Origin: Candidatus Poribacteria bacterium
Lineage (GTDB): Bacteria > Poribacteria > WGA-4E > PCPOR2b
Length of the DNA: 64,000 nt
Assembly (NCBI GenBank): GCA_965198175.1
Contig: OZ240245.1
Location: 2,048,001-2,112,000 of the forward strand
Reading direction: 5' to 3'
Shown: positions 40,879 through 49,604 of the stretch, one piece after another
Position numbering within the stretch: position 1 is the first letter of the stretch
Layout: each line of letters begins with the position of its first letter
Notes under the pieces: model-generated
Database searches by the model: none
What the model saw: the letters and a program-made list of their open reading frames with translations, nothing else
What the model was told of the DNA's origin: nothing
Program-made: the position numbers and the translations under genes

Positions 40879-41577
40879 TCAGATTAACCCTTCCTCCTTC
40901 AGGCTTATGTAGCTCCCATCTCCGATGATTACATGATCCAGCACCGGAATCTGGATACAATTCCCCGCTTCAATTAGCTGTTTTGTTGCTCGAATATCCT
41001 CTTTGCTTGGCGATGGATCGCCCGAGGGGTGATTGTGAACAAGAATAATTGATGCGGCTGCCTCCTCAATTGCGAAGCGAAACACTTCACGAGGGTGAAT
41101 GATGTTTACATTTAAGCTGCCTTCGAAAATCTGACGTTGATTGGTCACGTTGTTTTTCGTATCGAGACAGAGCACGTGCAATATTTCCTGCTTGAGATCT
41201 CGCAGAGATGGCATCACAATTCGGGCAACGTCGGCGGGAGAGGAAATTTGCGGTTTTTCTTCCAGATATTTAGCCAAGCGTCTTCCCAGTTCAAATGCAG
41301 CTATAATCTGAGCGGCTTTCATTTTTCCTAGACCATTGATTCCTTCAGCAATATGTGCCACTTCATCATTCGCCATCCGCTTCAAGCTGTCTTCGTACTT
41401 TTTTAGCAACTGCTCAGCAAGCTGAACCGCCGTTGTGTTACTTGCTCCTTTACGAATGATAAGTGCGATTACTTCCGAAGTCTTCAATACATGCGGGCCA
41501 TACTTATAAAGCCTTTCCAGCGGACGTTCATCCTCAAGGAACTCTTTGATTCGACCCCGATCGTTTGTAGTTTCCAT
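40879..41577 (-). CDS. radC: RadC family protein (HhH + JAB/MPN)
   Basis: ERPLERL, HPREVF and HNHPSGDPSPSKED motifs. Confidence 0.95.
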   Translation of the reverse strand: METTNDRGRIKEFLEDERPLERLYKYGPHVLKTSEVIALIIRKGASNTTAVQLAEQLLKKYEDSLKRMANDEVAHIAEGINGLGKMKAAQIIAAFELGRRLAKYLEEKPQISSPADVARIVMPSLRDLKQEILHVLCLDTKNNVTNQRQIFEGSLNVNIIHPREVFRFAIEEAAASIILVHNHPSGDPSPSKEDIRATKQLIEAGNCIQIPVLDHVIIGDGSYISLKEEGLI

Positions 41578-42330
41578 TTTTTGGCTCCAGAATGGGTTAG
41601 AAGTTGTACTGTATTATGTAATAACCCCACGATAAAATTAGGGACCAGTGAGATTATAACCAAAATGGGGGATTAAGACAATTCATTTGTGTATAATGTT
41701 AGATCTCGAAATCGTATTACGGCTGCGAATTATTGAATTATCACCATGTTTCATGAGTGACGTTATTGAAGGACATTGTCAGCCTCTCGCAAGACGGAGG
41801 TCAAAAAAAGTTGTACAACATCGAGCCTTTGACTCATTTTCTGCCCAAATGTGAATCTAACCACAACATTTCTTGAGGGTATATATAACAGAATATTGTG
41901 GGATTTTAAGCGATTACATGCAAGCGATTTTAGCATAAACAACACGTTTTTGCATTGATGTTATTTTTGGGTTGTGATAGAATACACGTATCCTAATATA
42001 CCACAACTGTTTATCAAGTTGAGGAAGCAGAGTCGATAAATTGTCACTTAACGGATTCCTAACCAATCCGCCCCTGGAAAACCGATACTTACCCGACCCG
42101 AGCAAAGAAAGGTGTTCGATTGGTTCAACTCAAACCTGGAATATCCTAAAACCCCCTAATGCTACTATAAATGCCCTTGTCGGTTTAGAGTTTGACTTCG
42201 TATTTTGCCCCGACCTTTAGCGACCTTTCGGAGATGAGCGCCAGAGCTATTCTGTATCAGTGGAGACAGAATCTACGTTATAGGTGCAATAATTCGATCG
42301 GCTGATTATTCTGTTCTAAGGAGAAGTCTA

Positions 42331-44121
42331 ATGCACAACAAGAAAAATAGTAACCAGCATGAGAGGATATCCGAGGAGCACTTGCGATTATTTGATGATG
42401 AGGACTTCGAAGAGGAGGTTGGGGAGGACGATGAGGATTCGTCAGGTATACCTCGCTCTCTGATGTTAGTCGACCAGCTTATCTACGCAACCCCTGAAGA
42501 TGACCGCATGCGCCCGCTTTTATATGAACTGCGGCGTGCTATCGTGGAAGATGAAATGACGTTTCAAGAGGCGAGACAGACAATTATCGAGATGCAGGAG
42601 GTCGTTGAAAAACTCACAGCTCCCGCAAATCGAATTGGGACGTTGCTAGGCTTACCGAAAAAAGATGTTGCACATGTGATCGTTGGCAGTTCAGAATATT
42701 ACGCGAACCTTCATCCACAAATGGATCCGGCGTCTCTCAAGATTGGTTTCAGTGTATTACTCAACGAAGCGTATGTCATTGTTGGCGAGCTAGGATATAA
42801 CCAGTCTGGGCCGATTGGAAAGATTGTTGATTTGATGCCTGACGGCAGATTGCGTGTTGGGCAAGAACATGGGTTGCAAGCTGTTGTATTGGAGCGTTCG
42901 ACGGATCTTGCGAATGCAAAACTCAAAGCGAACGAAGAGATTCGTATTGATTCAAACTTCAGAGTTGCGCTTGAACGACTGGAAGTTCAAGAAGTAAAGG
43001 ATTACTTCCTCGAAGAGGTGCCACAGGTGCCTTGGACGAAGGTGGGAGGGCTGGATGATACCATCCAGACGATTAAGGATACCATTGAGCTTCCGATTCT
43101 CTACCCAGATCTCTTTAATCGCTTCCAATATGCGCCCCCGAAAGGCTTTCTGCTATATGGGCCGCCTGGGTGTGGGAAGACTCTCATTGGCAAAGCGACC
43201 GCTTACAATTTGACGCAGCGATTGAGGAAAGAATCGGGAATCGATGTCAGAGGGTGCTTCCTCCACATCAAGGGACCAGAAATCTTAAATATGTGGCTTG
43301 GTGAATCGGAACGCAAGGTGCGTGAAATCTTCCAGATTGCTCGTGAAAAACGACAGGAGGGCTACCTACCGTTTGTGTTCATTGACGAAGCGGAATCCAT
43401 CCTAGGAACGCGCCGATCGTTCCGCGCCCATAACATTTCCAACACCGTTGTCCCGATGTTTTGCGCTGAAATGGATGGGCTCGAGTCGCTGCAAGATGTC
43501 GTGATTATTCTCGCAACAAACCGTCCGGATCTCATCGATCCAGCAATTTTGCGTCCTGGACGAATTGACCGAAAGATTAAAGTCAGGCGTCCAAATAAAG
43601 AAGGGGCAGAGGAAATCTCCCGCATCTATCTCACGCCAGATTTGCCGGTCGATCCAGAAGTCCTAGAAACCCACAACGGCGATCCAGAGGTTGCTGTTTC
43701 TTACCTGATCGATTTGGTCTGCAGCGAACTGTTTCGGCGAAGCGAAGGTAACAAGTTCTTAGAAGTTGCTTTGCGAAACGGTCGTCGTAATACGTTGTAT
43801 CGGGGCGATCTTTGTAATGGTGCGATTATTGCCTCTATTATTCAACGTGCGAAAGAATCCGCAATCAAAAGAGCAATTGAAAGCAGGGAACAGATTGAAG
43901 GAAGCGAAATCGCGCCCAACGATGGAGTCGGCATCTGTGTAGACGATCTCTTGGATGCAATTGCATCCGAATACCACGAAAATGATATTTTCCCACCGAC
44001 AGACAGTGTGGAAGATTGGCTGAAACTGCTCGACTATGACCCTGAGAACGTTGTTAAGGTTACCCAAATTCGCCCTGAAAAATCAACGCGTAGAACATCT
44101 ACTGCGGCTAACGCGATCTAG
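42331..44121 (+). CDS. arc: Proteasome-associated AAA+ ATPase (ARC/Mpa homologue)
   Basis: Coiled-coil and OB N-domain; GPPGCGKT, KGPEILN, FIDEAE and RPGRIDRK motifs. Confidence 0.92.
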   Translation: MHNKKNSNQHERISEEHLRLFDDEDFEEEVGEDDEDSSGIPRSLMLVDQLIYATPEDDRMRPLLYELRRAIVEDEMTFQEARQTIIEMQEVVEKLTAPANRIGTLLGLPKKDVAHVIVGSSEYYANLHPQMDPASLKIGFSVLLNEAYVIVGELGYNQSGPIGKIVDLMPDGRLRVGQEHGLQAVVLERSTDLANAKLKANEEIRIDSNFRVALERLEVQEVKDYFLEEVPQVPWTKVGGLDDTIQTIKDTIELPILYPDLFNRFQYAPPKGFLLYGPPGCGKTLIGKATAYNLTQRLRKESGIDVRGCFLHIKGPEILNMWLGESERKVREIFQIAREKRQEGYLPFVFIDEAESILGTRRSFRAHNISNTVVPMFCAEMDGLESLQDVVIILATNRPDLIDPAILRPGRIDRKIKVRRPNKEGAEEISRIYLTPDLPVDPEVLETHNGDPEVAVSYLIDLVCSELFRRSEGNKFLEVALRNGRRNTLYRGDLCNGAIIASIIQRAKESAIKRAIESREQIEGSEIAPNDGVGICVDDLLDAIASEYHENDIFPPTDSVEDWLKLLDYDPENVVKVTQIRPEKSTRRTSTAANAI

Positions 44122-44393
44122 ATATTGAGGTTTTACTAGGTTACTCTGTCCCTTCGGTGCGCTCAAGGATAAGTCTTATCACAGCAGGGATTCCGAAAAT
44201 CTCTAGCCACCGATGTATCGAGTTGCTTGCCCCGTTAAAGGCGAGGAAAACCGCACAGGACGCCAATCTATCGGGACCGAAGAGGGTTTTGCTGTGTGGA
44301 GCGGAAAAAGACCCTGTCAAATCGGAAGTTTCGCCTAACTCAGCATTTGATATCATCCGCGCGCAGTCTCTGGTTATGCCTTTCTAAGAAATT

Positions 44394-45908
44394 ATGCAAA
44401 GACTTTTGGGAATCGAAACGGAATATGGAATTACGATTGAAGGCGAGGAAAACATTGATCCGGTCCAACAGTCCATCGCACTAATCAAGAGTTATCGACA
44501 CGATGATTTTCATCCGATGTGGGATTATAGTGGCGAAGATCCACTCCTAGATGCACGTGGCTTTCGCGCGAAAACATTGAAAGAACACCCTGACGAGCGG
44601 GAACAACAGGTAGCAGACCGCCAGCGAAATTTGTCTGCTGTCGAAATCAAAAGCGATTTGATTCTGACCAACGGAGCCCGTCTATACAACGATCATGCAC
44701 ACCCAGAATACTCCACGGCTGAATGCCGGAGTTTTTTTCAGTTGGTTGCCCATGACAAGGGTGGCGAGCGGATACTTCAACGATGTGCAGTGAGACGAAG
44801 TCAAACATTAGGCCAGCGAGTTATTCTTTATAAAAACAACACCGATTTTCACGGACACAGTTACGGCTGTCATGATAATTACCTAATGCGGCGAGATATT
44901 GCTTTTGGATATCTCAAAGAAAGTATTATGCCGTTTTTGATTACGAGGCAGATTTTTGCTGGCGCCGGAAAGGTGGGAATCGAAACTGAGTCCGGTATGA
45001 GTTCGGCAGGCATTTTTCAACTTGCACAACGCTCGGATTTTTTTCATGTTGAAGCGAGCGTTGATACAATGCACAACCGCCCAATTGTCAATACGCGGGA
45101 CGAACCGCATGCGGACCCCACAAAATATCGACGCTTGCACGGCATTGTCGGCGATGCCAATATGTCGGAGTATGCAACGGCGCTTAAGGTTGGCACGACA
45201 GCTCTAGTCATCGATCTGATCGAGCAGGAGCACATCCCAACTGATTTTGCCGTTCACCAGCCGATTCACACAATCAAAGAGATTTCGCGTGATCAGACGT
45301 ATGAATGGCTGTTGAAGTTAAATAACGGCAAGGCAATTTCGGCGGTTGATCTCCAGCGCGAATATCTTGCCTTAGCCCAAAAACATCTCGACGTTCAAAA
45401 CGATGAGACCGATTGGGTGCTTGTCGAATGGGAGTCAGTTCTGGATTCGCTTGAGAAAGAACCGATGGAACTGAGAAGCCAATTAGACTGGGTCGCCAAA
45501 AAGTGGCTGCTGGACACCTTCATTGATGAAGAGGGCCTCAAATGGGACGATGCATGGTTACAGAGCCTTGATCTGGAGTATCACAACATCGATCTCGACG
45601 CAGGACTATACTATGGACTCGAAGCCCAAGGGTTAATGCGGCGCGTTGTTACCGATCAACAAATCGAAGAAGCAATTCAGAATCCGCCGGCGGACACTCG
45701 CGCATATTTCCGAGGTAAATCTCTGGAAAAATTTCGTTCTCAAGTCAAATCTGTGCAATGGGATAGCATTACGTTCAACACAAAAGGGAGACCCATCACG
45801 GTGAACATGAACGAACTTGCTAGTCCAGAAATTGCAGAGAAATATAATCGTATTCTAAATAAGACTCAGACAGTTGAAGCGTTACTGGAGAATTTGAGGC
45901 TTGTATAA
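44394..45908 (+). CDS. dop: Dop-like depupylase/deamidase
   Basis: GIETEYGI, LTNGARLYNDHAHPEYS and NTRDEPHAD motifs. Confidence 0.9.
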   Translation: MQRLLGIETEYGITIEGEENIDPVQQSIALIKSYRHDDFHPMWDYSGEDPLLDARGFRAKTLKEHPDEREQQVADRQRNLSAVEIKSDLILTNGARLYNDHAHPEYSTAECRSFFQLVAHDKGGERILQRCAVRRSQTLGQRVILYKNNTDFHGHSYGCHDNYLMRRDIAFGYLKESIMPFLITRQIFAGAGKVGIETESGMSSAGIFQLAQRSDFFHVEASVDTMHNRPIVNTRDEPHADPTKYRRLHGIVGDANMSEYATALKVGTTALVIDLIEQEHIPTDFAVHQPIHTIKEISRDQTYEWLLKLNNGKAISAVDLQREYLALAQKHLDVQNDETDWVLVEWESVLDSLEKEPMELRSQLDWVAKKWLLDTFIDEEGLKWDDAWLQSLDLEYHNIDLDAGLYYGLEAQGLMRRVVTDQQIEEAIQNPPADTRAYFRGKSLEKFRSQVKSVQWDSITFNTKGRPITVNMNELASPEIAEKYNRILNKTQTVEALLENLRLV

Positions 45909-46177
45909 GGCGTAAAATGAGGTGCACTGCCTTACCAAGAGGCTTTCTACGGGAGCAGAGGTGGCTAGTATAAACCTTTATAACGGATGTCTTCTTCGTT
46001 TTCCTCGCGTGGAATTGTATCCACTGAGGATTAAGTTACATGTTTAACAAAGAAAATATCTTCGTTGCTATCGAGTAACTGACTTGCTACGTTTAAATGA
46101 AATCGCAAATCATGAGATTTATGAGACGACTTTCGGAGTCGTCGAATTCATCAGTTCCCCTACTGGAGGTTATTAGT

Positions 46178-46384
46178 ATGACAGCATATGATTTCACCCT
46201 TTTCCGGGATCGGATCCGGAGGCCAACAAAGCCGCTTGATGGTGGAGGTGGTGATGGTGATGGAGAAGATGAGGGGCCGAAACGCCCAGATGTCAATAAG
46301 CCAGACACAAAGGAGTTGCTCCGGCGGATGAAGCGCGTCGATAAAGATCAGTCCAGGCGTTATCGCCAGCGAACGGGTGAATAG
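46178..46384 (+). CDS. ubact: Ubiquitin-like protein UBact (Pup homologue)
   Basis: 68 aa, low-complexity, ends LLRRMKRVDKDQSRRYRQRTGE (R[ST]G[EQ]); GGAGG RBS; lies directly before prcB. Confidence 0.9.
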   Translation: MTAYDFTLFRDRIRRPTKPLDGGGGDGDGEDEGPKRPDVNKPDTKELLRRMKRVDKDQSRRYRQRTGE

Positions 46385-46386
46385 CC

Positions 46387-47193
46387 ATGGAATACAAGGG
46401 CGACTTTCTTAATCTCTTGAAGGCACATGACTACCAATTTCAGATCGATCCGCCTTCAACTTCCATCAACACACCTTTGAACCACCCCGAGTGGACGGAG
46501 GGAACAACAGTAATCGCTGTTCGGTACAAGGATGGCGTCATCATCGGTGGCGATCGACGCGCAACGGCAGGCACTGCGGTCATTTATGATCGGGCAGAAA
46601 AAGTCCTACAGATCGATGAATATTCCGTTTTAGCAATCTCAGGTGCGCCTGCTGTGGCTTATGAAATGGGGCGGGTACTAGAACATTCGTTCCAGTATTT
46701 CCGTCGCAGTCAACTTCAAGAGTTGAGCATAGAAGGTAAGCTTCGAATGCTATCCCGCCTGATTCGTGAGAATTTGCCAATGGCGTTGCAAGGTATTGGA
46801 GGGGTTATCCCAATCTTTGCCGTCTATAATCTGCAGAGTGAAGATGAAAATGGGGGTCAAATCTTCTTTTACGATGCGCTCGGCGCTCACTTTGAAAGCG
46901 CTGACTTTGCAACTTCTGGTTCTGGTTCTGTGTGGATTCGTGGCGTTTTGTACCATGTGAATCGCTGGGGAGATACACGTCTTGTTGATATGGATGAACA
47001 ACAGGCAACTATCAATATCTTAAGGCTCCTTGATGCTGCTTCGGAATATGATGCTGCGACAAGCGGATACAATCCAAAATCAGAAATTTTCCCAACCGTT
47101 AAAACAATTGCAAAAGAAGGGATTCAAGATCTTTCGGTTGAACGATTAAGCCAAGTCTATAGCCAATTCGTTGGGACAAACCATGTTAGATGA
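46387..47193 (+). CDS. prcB: 20S proteasome beta subunit
   Basis: Propeptide then G|TTVIA, GDRRATAG and SGSG motifs. Confidence 0.92.
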   Translation: MEYKGDFLNLLKAHDYQFQIDPPSTSINTPLNHPEWTEGTTVIAVRYKDGVIIGGDRRATAGTAVIYDRAEKVLQIDEYSVLAISGAPAVAYEMGRVLEHSFQYFRRSQLQELSIEGKLRMLSRLIRENLPMALQGIGGVIPIFAVYNLQSEDENGGQIFFYDALGAHFESADFATSGSGSVWIRGVLYHVNRWGDTRLVDMDEQQATINILRLLDAASEYDAATSGYNPKSEIFPTVKTIAKEGIQDLSVERLSQVYSQFVGTNHVR

Positions 47194-48019
47194 GCCATAT
47201 CGCTGGATTGAAGCTATCAATAATCGGCGTGACTATATTGAAGACCAACTCCGCATGGGAAGTCCTGTCGTTGGATTAGGATACGATGAGGGTATGTTGC
47301 TTTTGACAATTGGGCGCAGGCAGCGCAAAATCTTTGAAGTGCACAACCGTCTTGCGATATCTGCTATTGGACACACTGCTGACATCGAACGTTTGCGTAT
47401 GCTGGCAACTGATACTGCATCTGTACAAGGCTTCCAAAGCTCTGTTGATGATGTCACTCTTCACCGACTCTCAAATTTTGTGCTGGGGCCTGCAATCAAA
47501 CAAGCCTTTGAAGCTGTCTTTGAATCCGCTTATATCATCAAAATGTTGCTGGCTGAACTGGGTGGTCATGGGCAAGAAAATCAATTCGTTGCCCTGAACT
47601 ACGATGGCACAACTCGGTCAAGCCACTGGGCAGAAGTCATTGGCGGTACGGAGGAAGTTGAAACGGCGATGCAAAATTACTTATCAGGCTCTGATTCCGC
47701 GGACCTCTCGTTAACCTCCGCGCTGCGATTGGGTCTAGAAGCATGGGCGGTAGGTCGGGATGCAAGTCTGAACGCTGAAAATACAAACCATGTCGGAGTG
47801 GAAAATTCGGGACAGGCAGAGGAAGATGCCCATCGCTGTGAAGAGAAGAATACCGATGGATTAAAAATGGACAGAGAGCGGGCGCACAAAGTGCTCAAAA
47901 AAGAGTTGCAGGAAGGGCAGATTGATGTAAGCGTCTTACAGGAATCCCGTCGAAGTAATAGTAAGTTTCGCTCGATTGCTGCGGAAGAGATTGATGCAGC
48001 TATTGCAGATTGGCTTTAA
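47183..48019 (+). CDS. prcA: 20S proteasome alpha subunit
   Basis: EPYRW...R.DYI...GSPVV and KIFEVHNR..SAIG motifs; position in operon. Confidence 0.88.
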   Translation: MLDEPYRWIEAINNRRDYIEDQLRMGSPVVGLGYDEGMLLLTIGRRQRKIFEVHNRLAISAIGHTADIERLRMLATDTASVQGFQSSVDDVTLHRLSNFVLGPAIKQAFEAVFESAYIIKMLLAELGGHGQENQFVALNYDGTTRSSHWAEVIGGTEEVETAMQNYLSGSDSADLSLTSALRLGLEAWAVGRDASLNAENTNHVGVENSGQAEEDAHRCEEKNTDGLKMDRERAHKVLKKELQEGQIDVSVLQESRRSNSKFRSIAAEEIDAAIADWL

Positions 48020-48046
48020 CCTGCAATGCTGCCATGAGGGAAAATT

Positions 48047-49498
48047 GTGAGCAGACGTATCTTTGGCATTGAAACGGAATATGGATGTTTGGCGAATGTC
48101 GATCAATCTTTTGGCACACCTGAGGGAGTCGCTGCACGGGTCAGAGATTATGTTTTCCACGAATTAAAACTCGGTATCTCTGATATGCACTATCGGGATT
48201 GGGGCGAACCTCCGGGCAATGGAGGCTTTCTGTTCAATGGAGGACGGCTTTATATTGATATGGGCCATTTGGAATATGCGACTCCTGAATGCGTGAAGCT
48301 CTTTGATCTTATCGCCTACGATAAATCCATCGAACGACTGATTGCTGCGGTTCTAAACGAAATTGGGTTAGGCGAAAAAGTTTCTTTCTTCAAGAATAAC
48401 GTGGATCACCTGACAGGGGCGACTTTCGGCTGCCATGAAAATTATCAACTCCGGCGGGATATCCCTTTCTACAAAGTCGTTATTCCGACGTTGATGCCCT
48501 TTTTTGTCACACGTCAAATTTATGCGGGAGCAGGTCGAGTGGGTGGACACGAAGAGGTTCTCGAGTTTGGAGATGCCCATTGCCGTCGTGACGACTTTGT
48601 AGGTTTCCAAATTTCTCAACGCGCAGATCACATTGTCACAGAAATCTATGAGTGGATCCAATTTAGCCGGGCGATTATCAATACTCGCGATGAACCCCTA
48701 GGGGACCATACAAAATACCGACGTCTCCATCTACTTGTTGGTGATTCCAATATGTCTGAATACGTAACTGCCTTGAAAGTTGGCACAACCTCTCTAATCC
48801 TAGATCTGATTGAGGAGGGACATCGCCCCCGCGATTTGAGTTTGCTTAATCCAGTTCAAGCCATCAAAGAGATTTCGCGCGATCAAACATTTCAGTGGAT
48901 TGTCGAGCTAGATACAGGGGCTACTATCTCTGCGATTGATCTTCAGCGAGAGTACCTTAATCTGGCGCAGAAACTCCTAAAGGGGCGGGACGAAGATACT
49001 GATTGGATTTTGACCCAATGGGAATCTGTCCTAGACGACTTAGAAACAGATTGGGAGCGTTTGACGGATCGAGTTGATTGGGTTGCAAAAAAATGGCTGC
49101 TTGAGACTTTCATGGAGGAGGAAGGGTTGGATTGGGATGATCCGTGGCTTGAGAGTCTCGATCTTCAGTATCACAACATGCATCCGGAAAAGGGACTCTA
49201 TTACGAATTGGAGAATCAAGGTCATACTAGGAGGGTAACAAACGATCAACAACTTGATGTGGCAATTCAGAATGCCCCTGAGGACACAAGAGCAAAAGCA
49301 CGAACGCAGGTGATGCGTTATCTGTTCCAAAATCGCTTGCCATGCATTGTCGATTGGCATCAAATATATTTTACTCATGAAGAGCCGTTTGAAATGAAGA
49401 ATCCTTTCAATACCTACGGCGAGGAAGTTGACACCCTACTGAAAAAGTTGAGTCGGCATCCTCGATTCAGTCCGCTGAAAAAGCGTTCCCGATCATAG
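48047..49498 (+). CDS. pafA: PafA-like UBact/Pup ligase
   Basis: FGIETEYG, GFLFNGGRLYIDMGHLEYATPEC, GCHENY and SRAIINTRDEP motifs. Confidence 0.9.
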   Translation: MSRRIFGIETEYGCLANVDQSFGTPEGVAARVRDYVFHELKLGISDMHYRDWGEPPGNGGFLFNGGRLYIDMGHLEYATPECVKLFDLIAYDKSIERLIAAVLNEIGLGEKVSFFKNNVDHLTGATFGCHENYQLRRDIPFYKVVIPTLMPFFVTRQIYAGAGRVGGHEEVLEFGDAHCRRDDFVGFQISQRADHIVTEIYEWIQFSRAIINTRDEPLGDHTKYRRLHLLVGDSNMSEYVTALKVGTTSLILDLIEEGHRPRDLSLLNPVQAIKEISRDQTFQWIVELDTGATISAIDLQREYLNLAQKLLKGRDEDTDWILTQWESVLDDLETDWERLTDRVDWVAKKWLLETFMEEEGLDWDDPWLESLDLQYHNMHPEKGLYYELENQGHTRRVTNDQQLDVAIQNAPEDTRAKARTQVMRYLFQNRLPCIVDWHQIYFTHEEPFEMKNPFNTYGEEVDTLLKKLSRHPRFSPLKKRSRS

Positions 49499-49604
49499 CA
49501 GAGATATCCGTCGGTGTGAGGAAAATCTAGCTAAGTTGACGACGGTTTCTAAATCGCCTCTCTCAATTATTTCATCCGGGTTCCACCAAGGTGCCATTCA
49601 TGTT

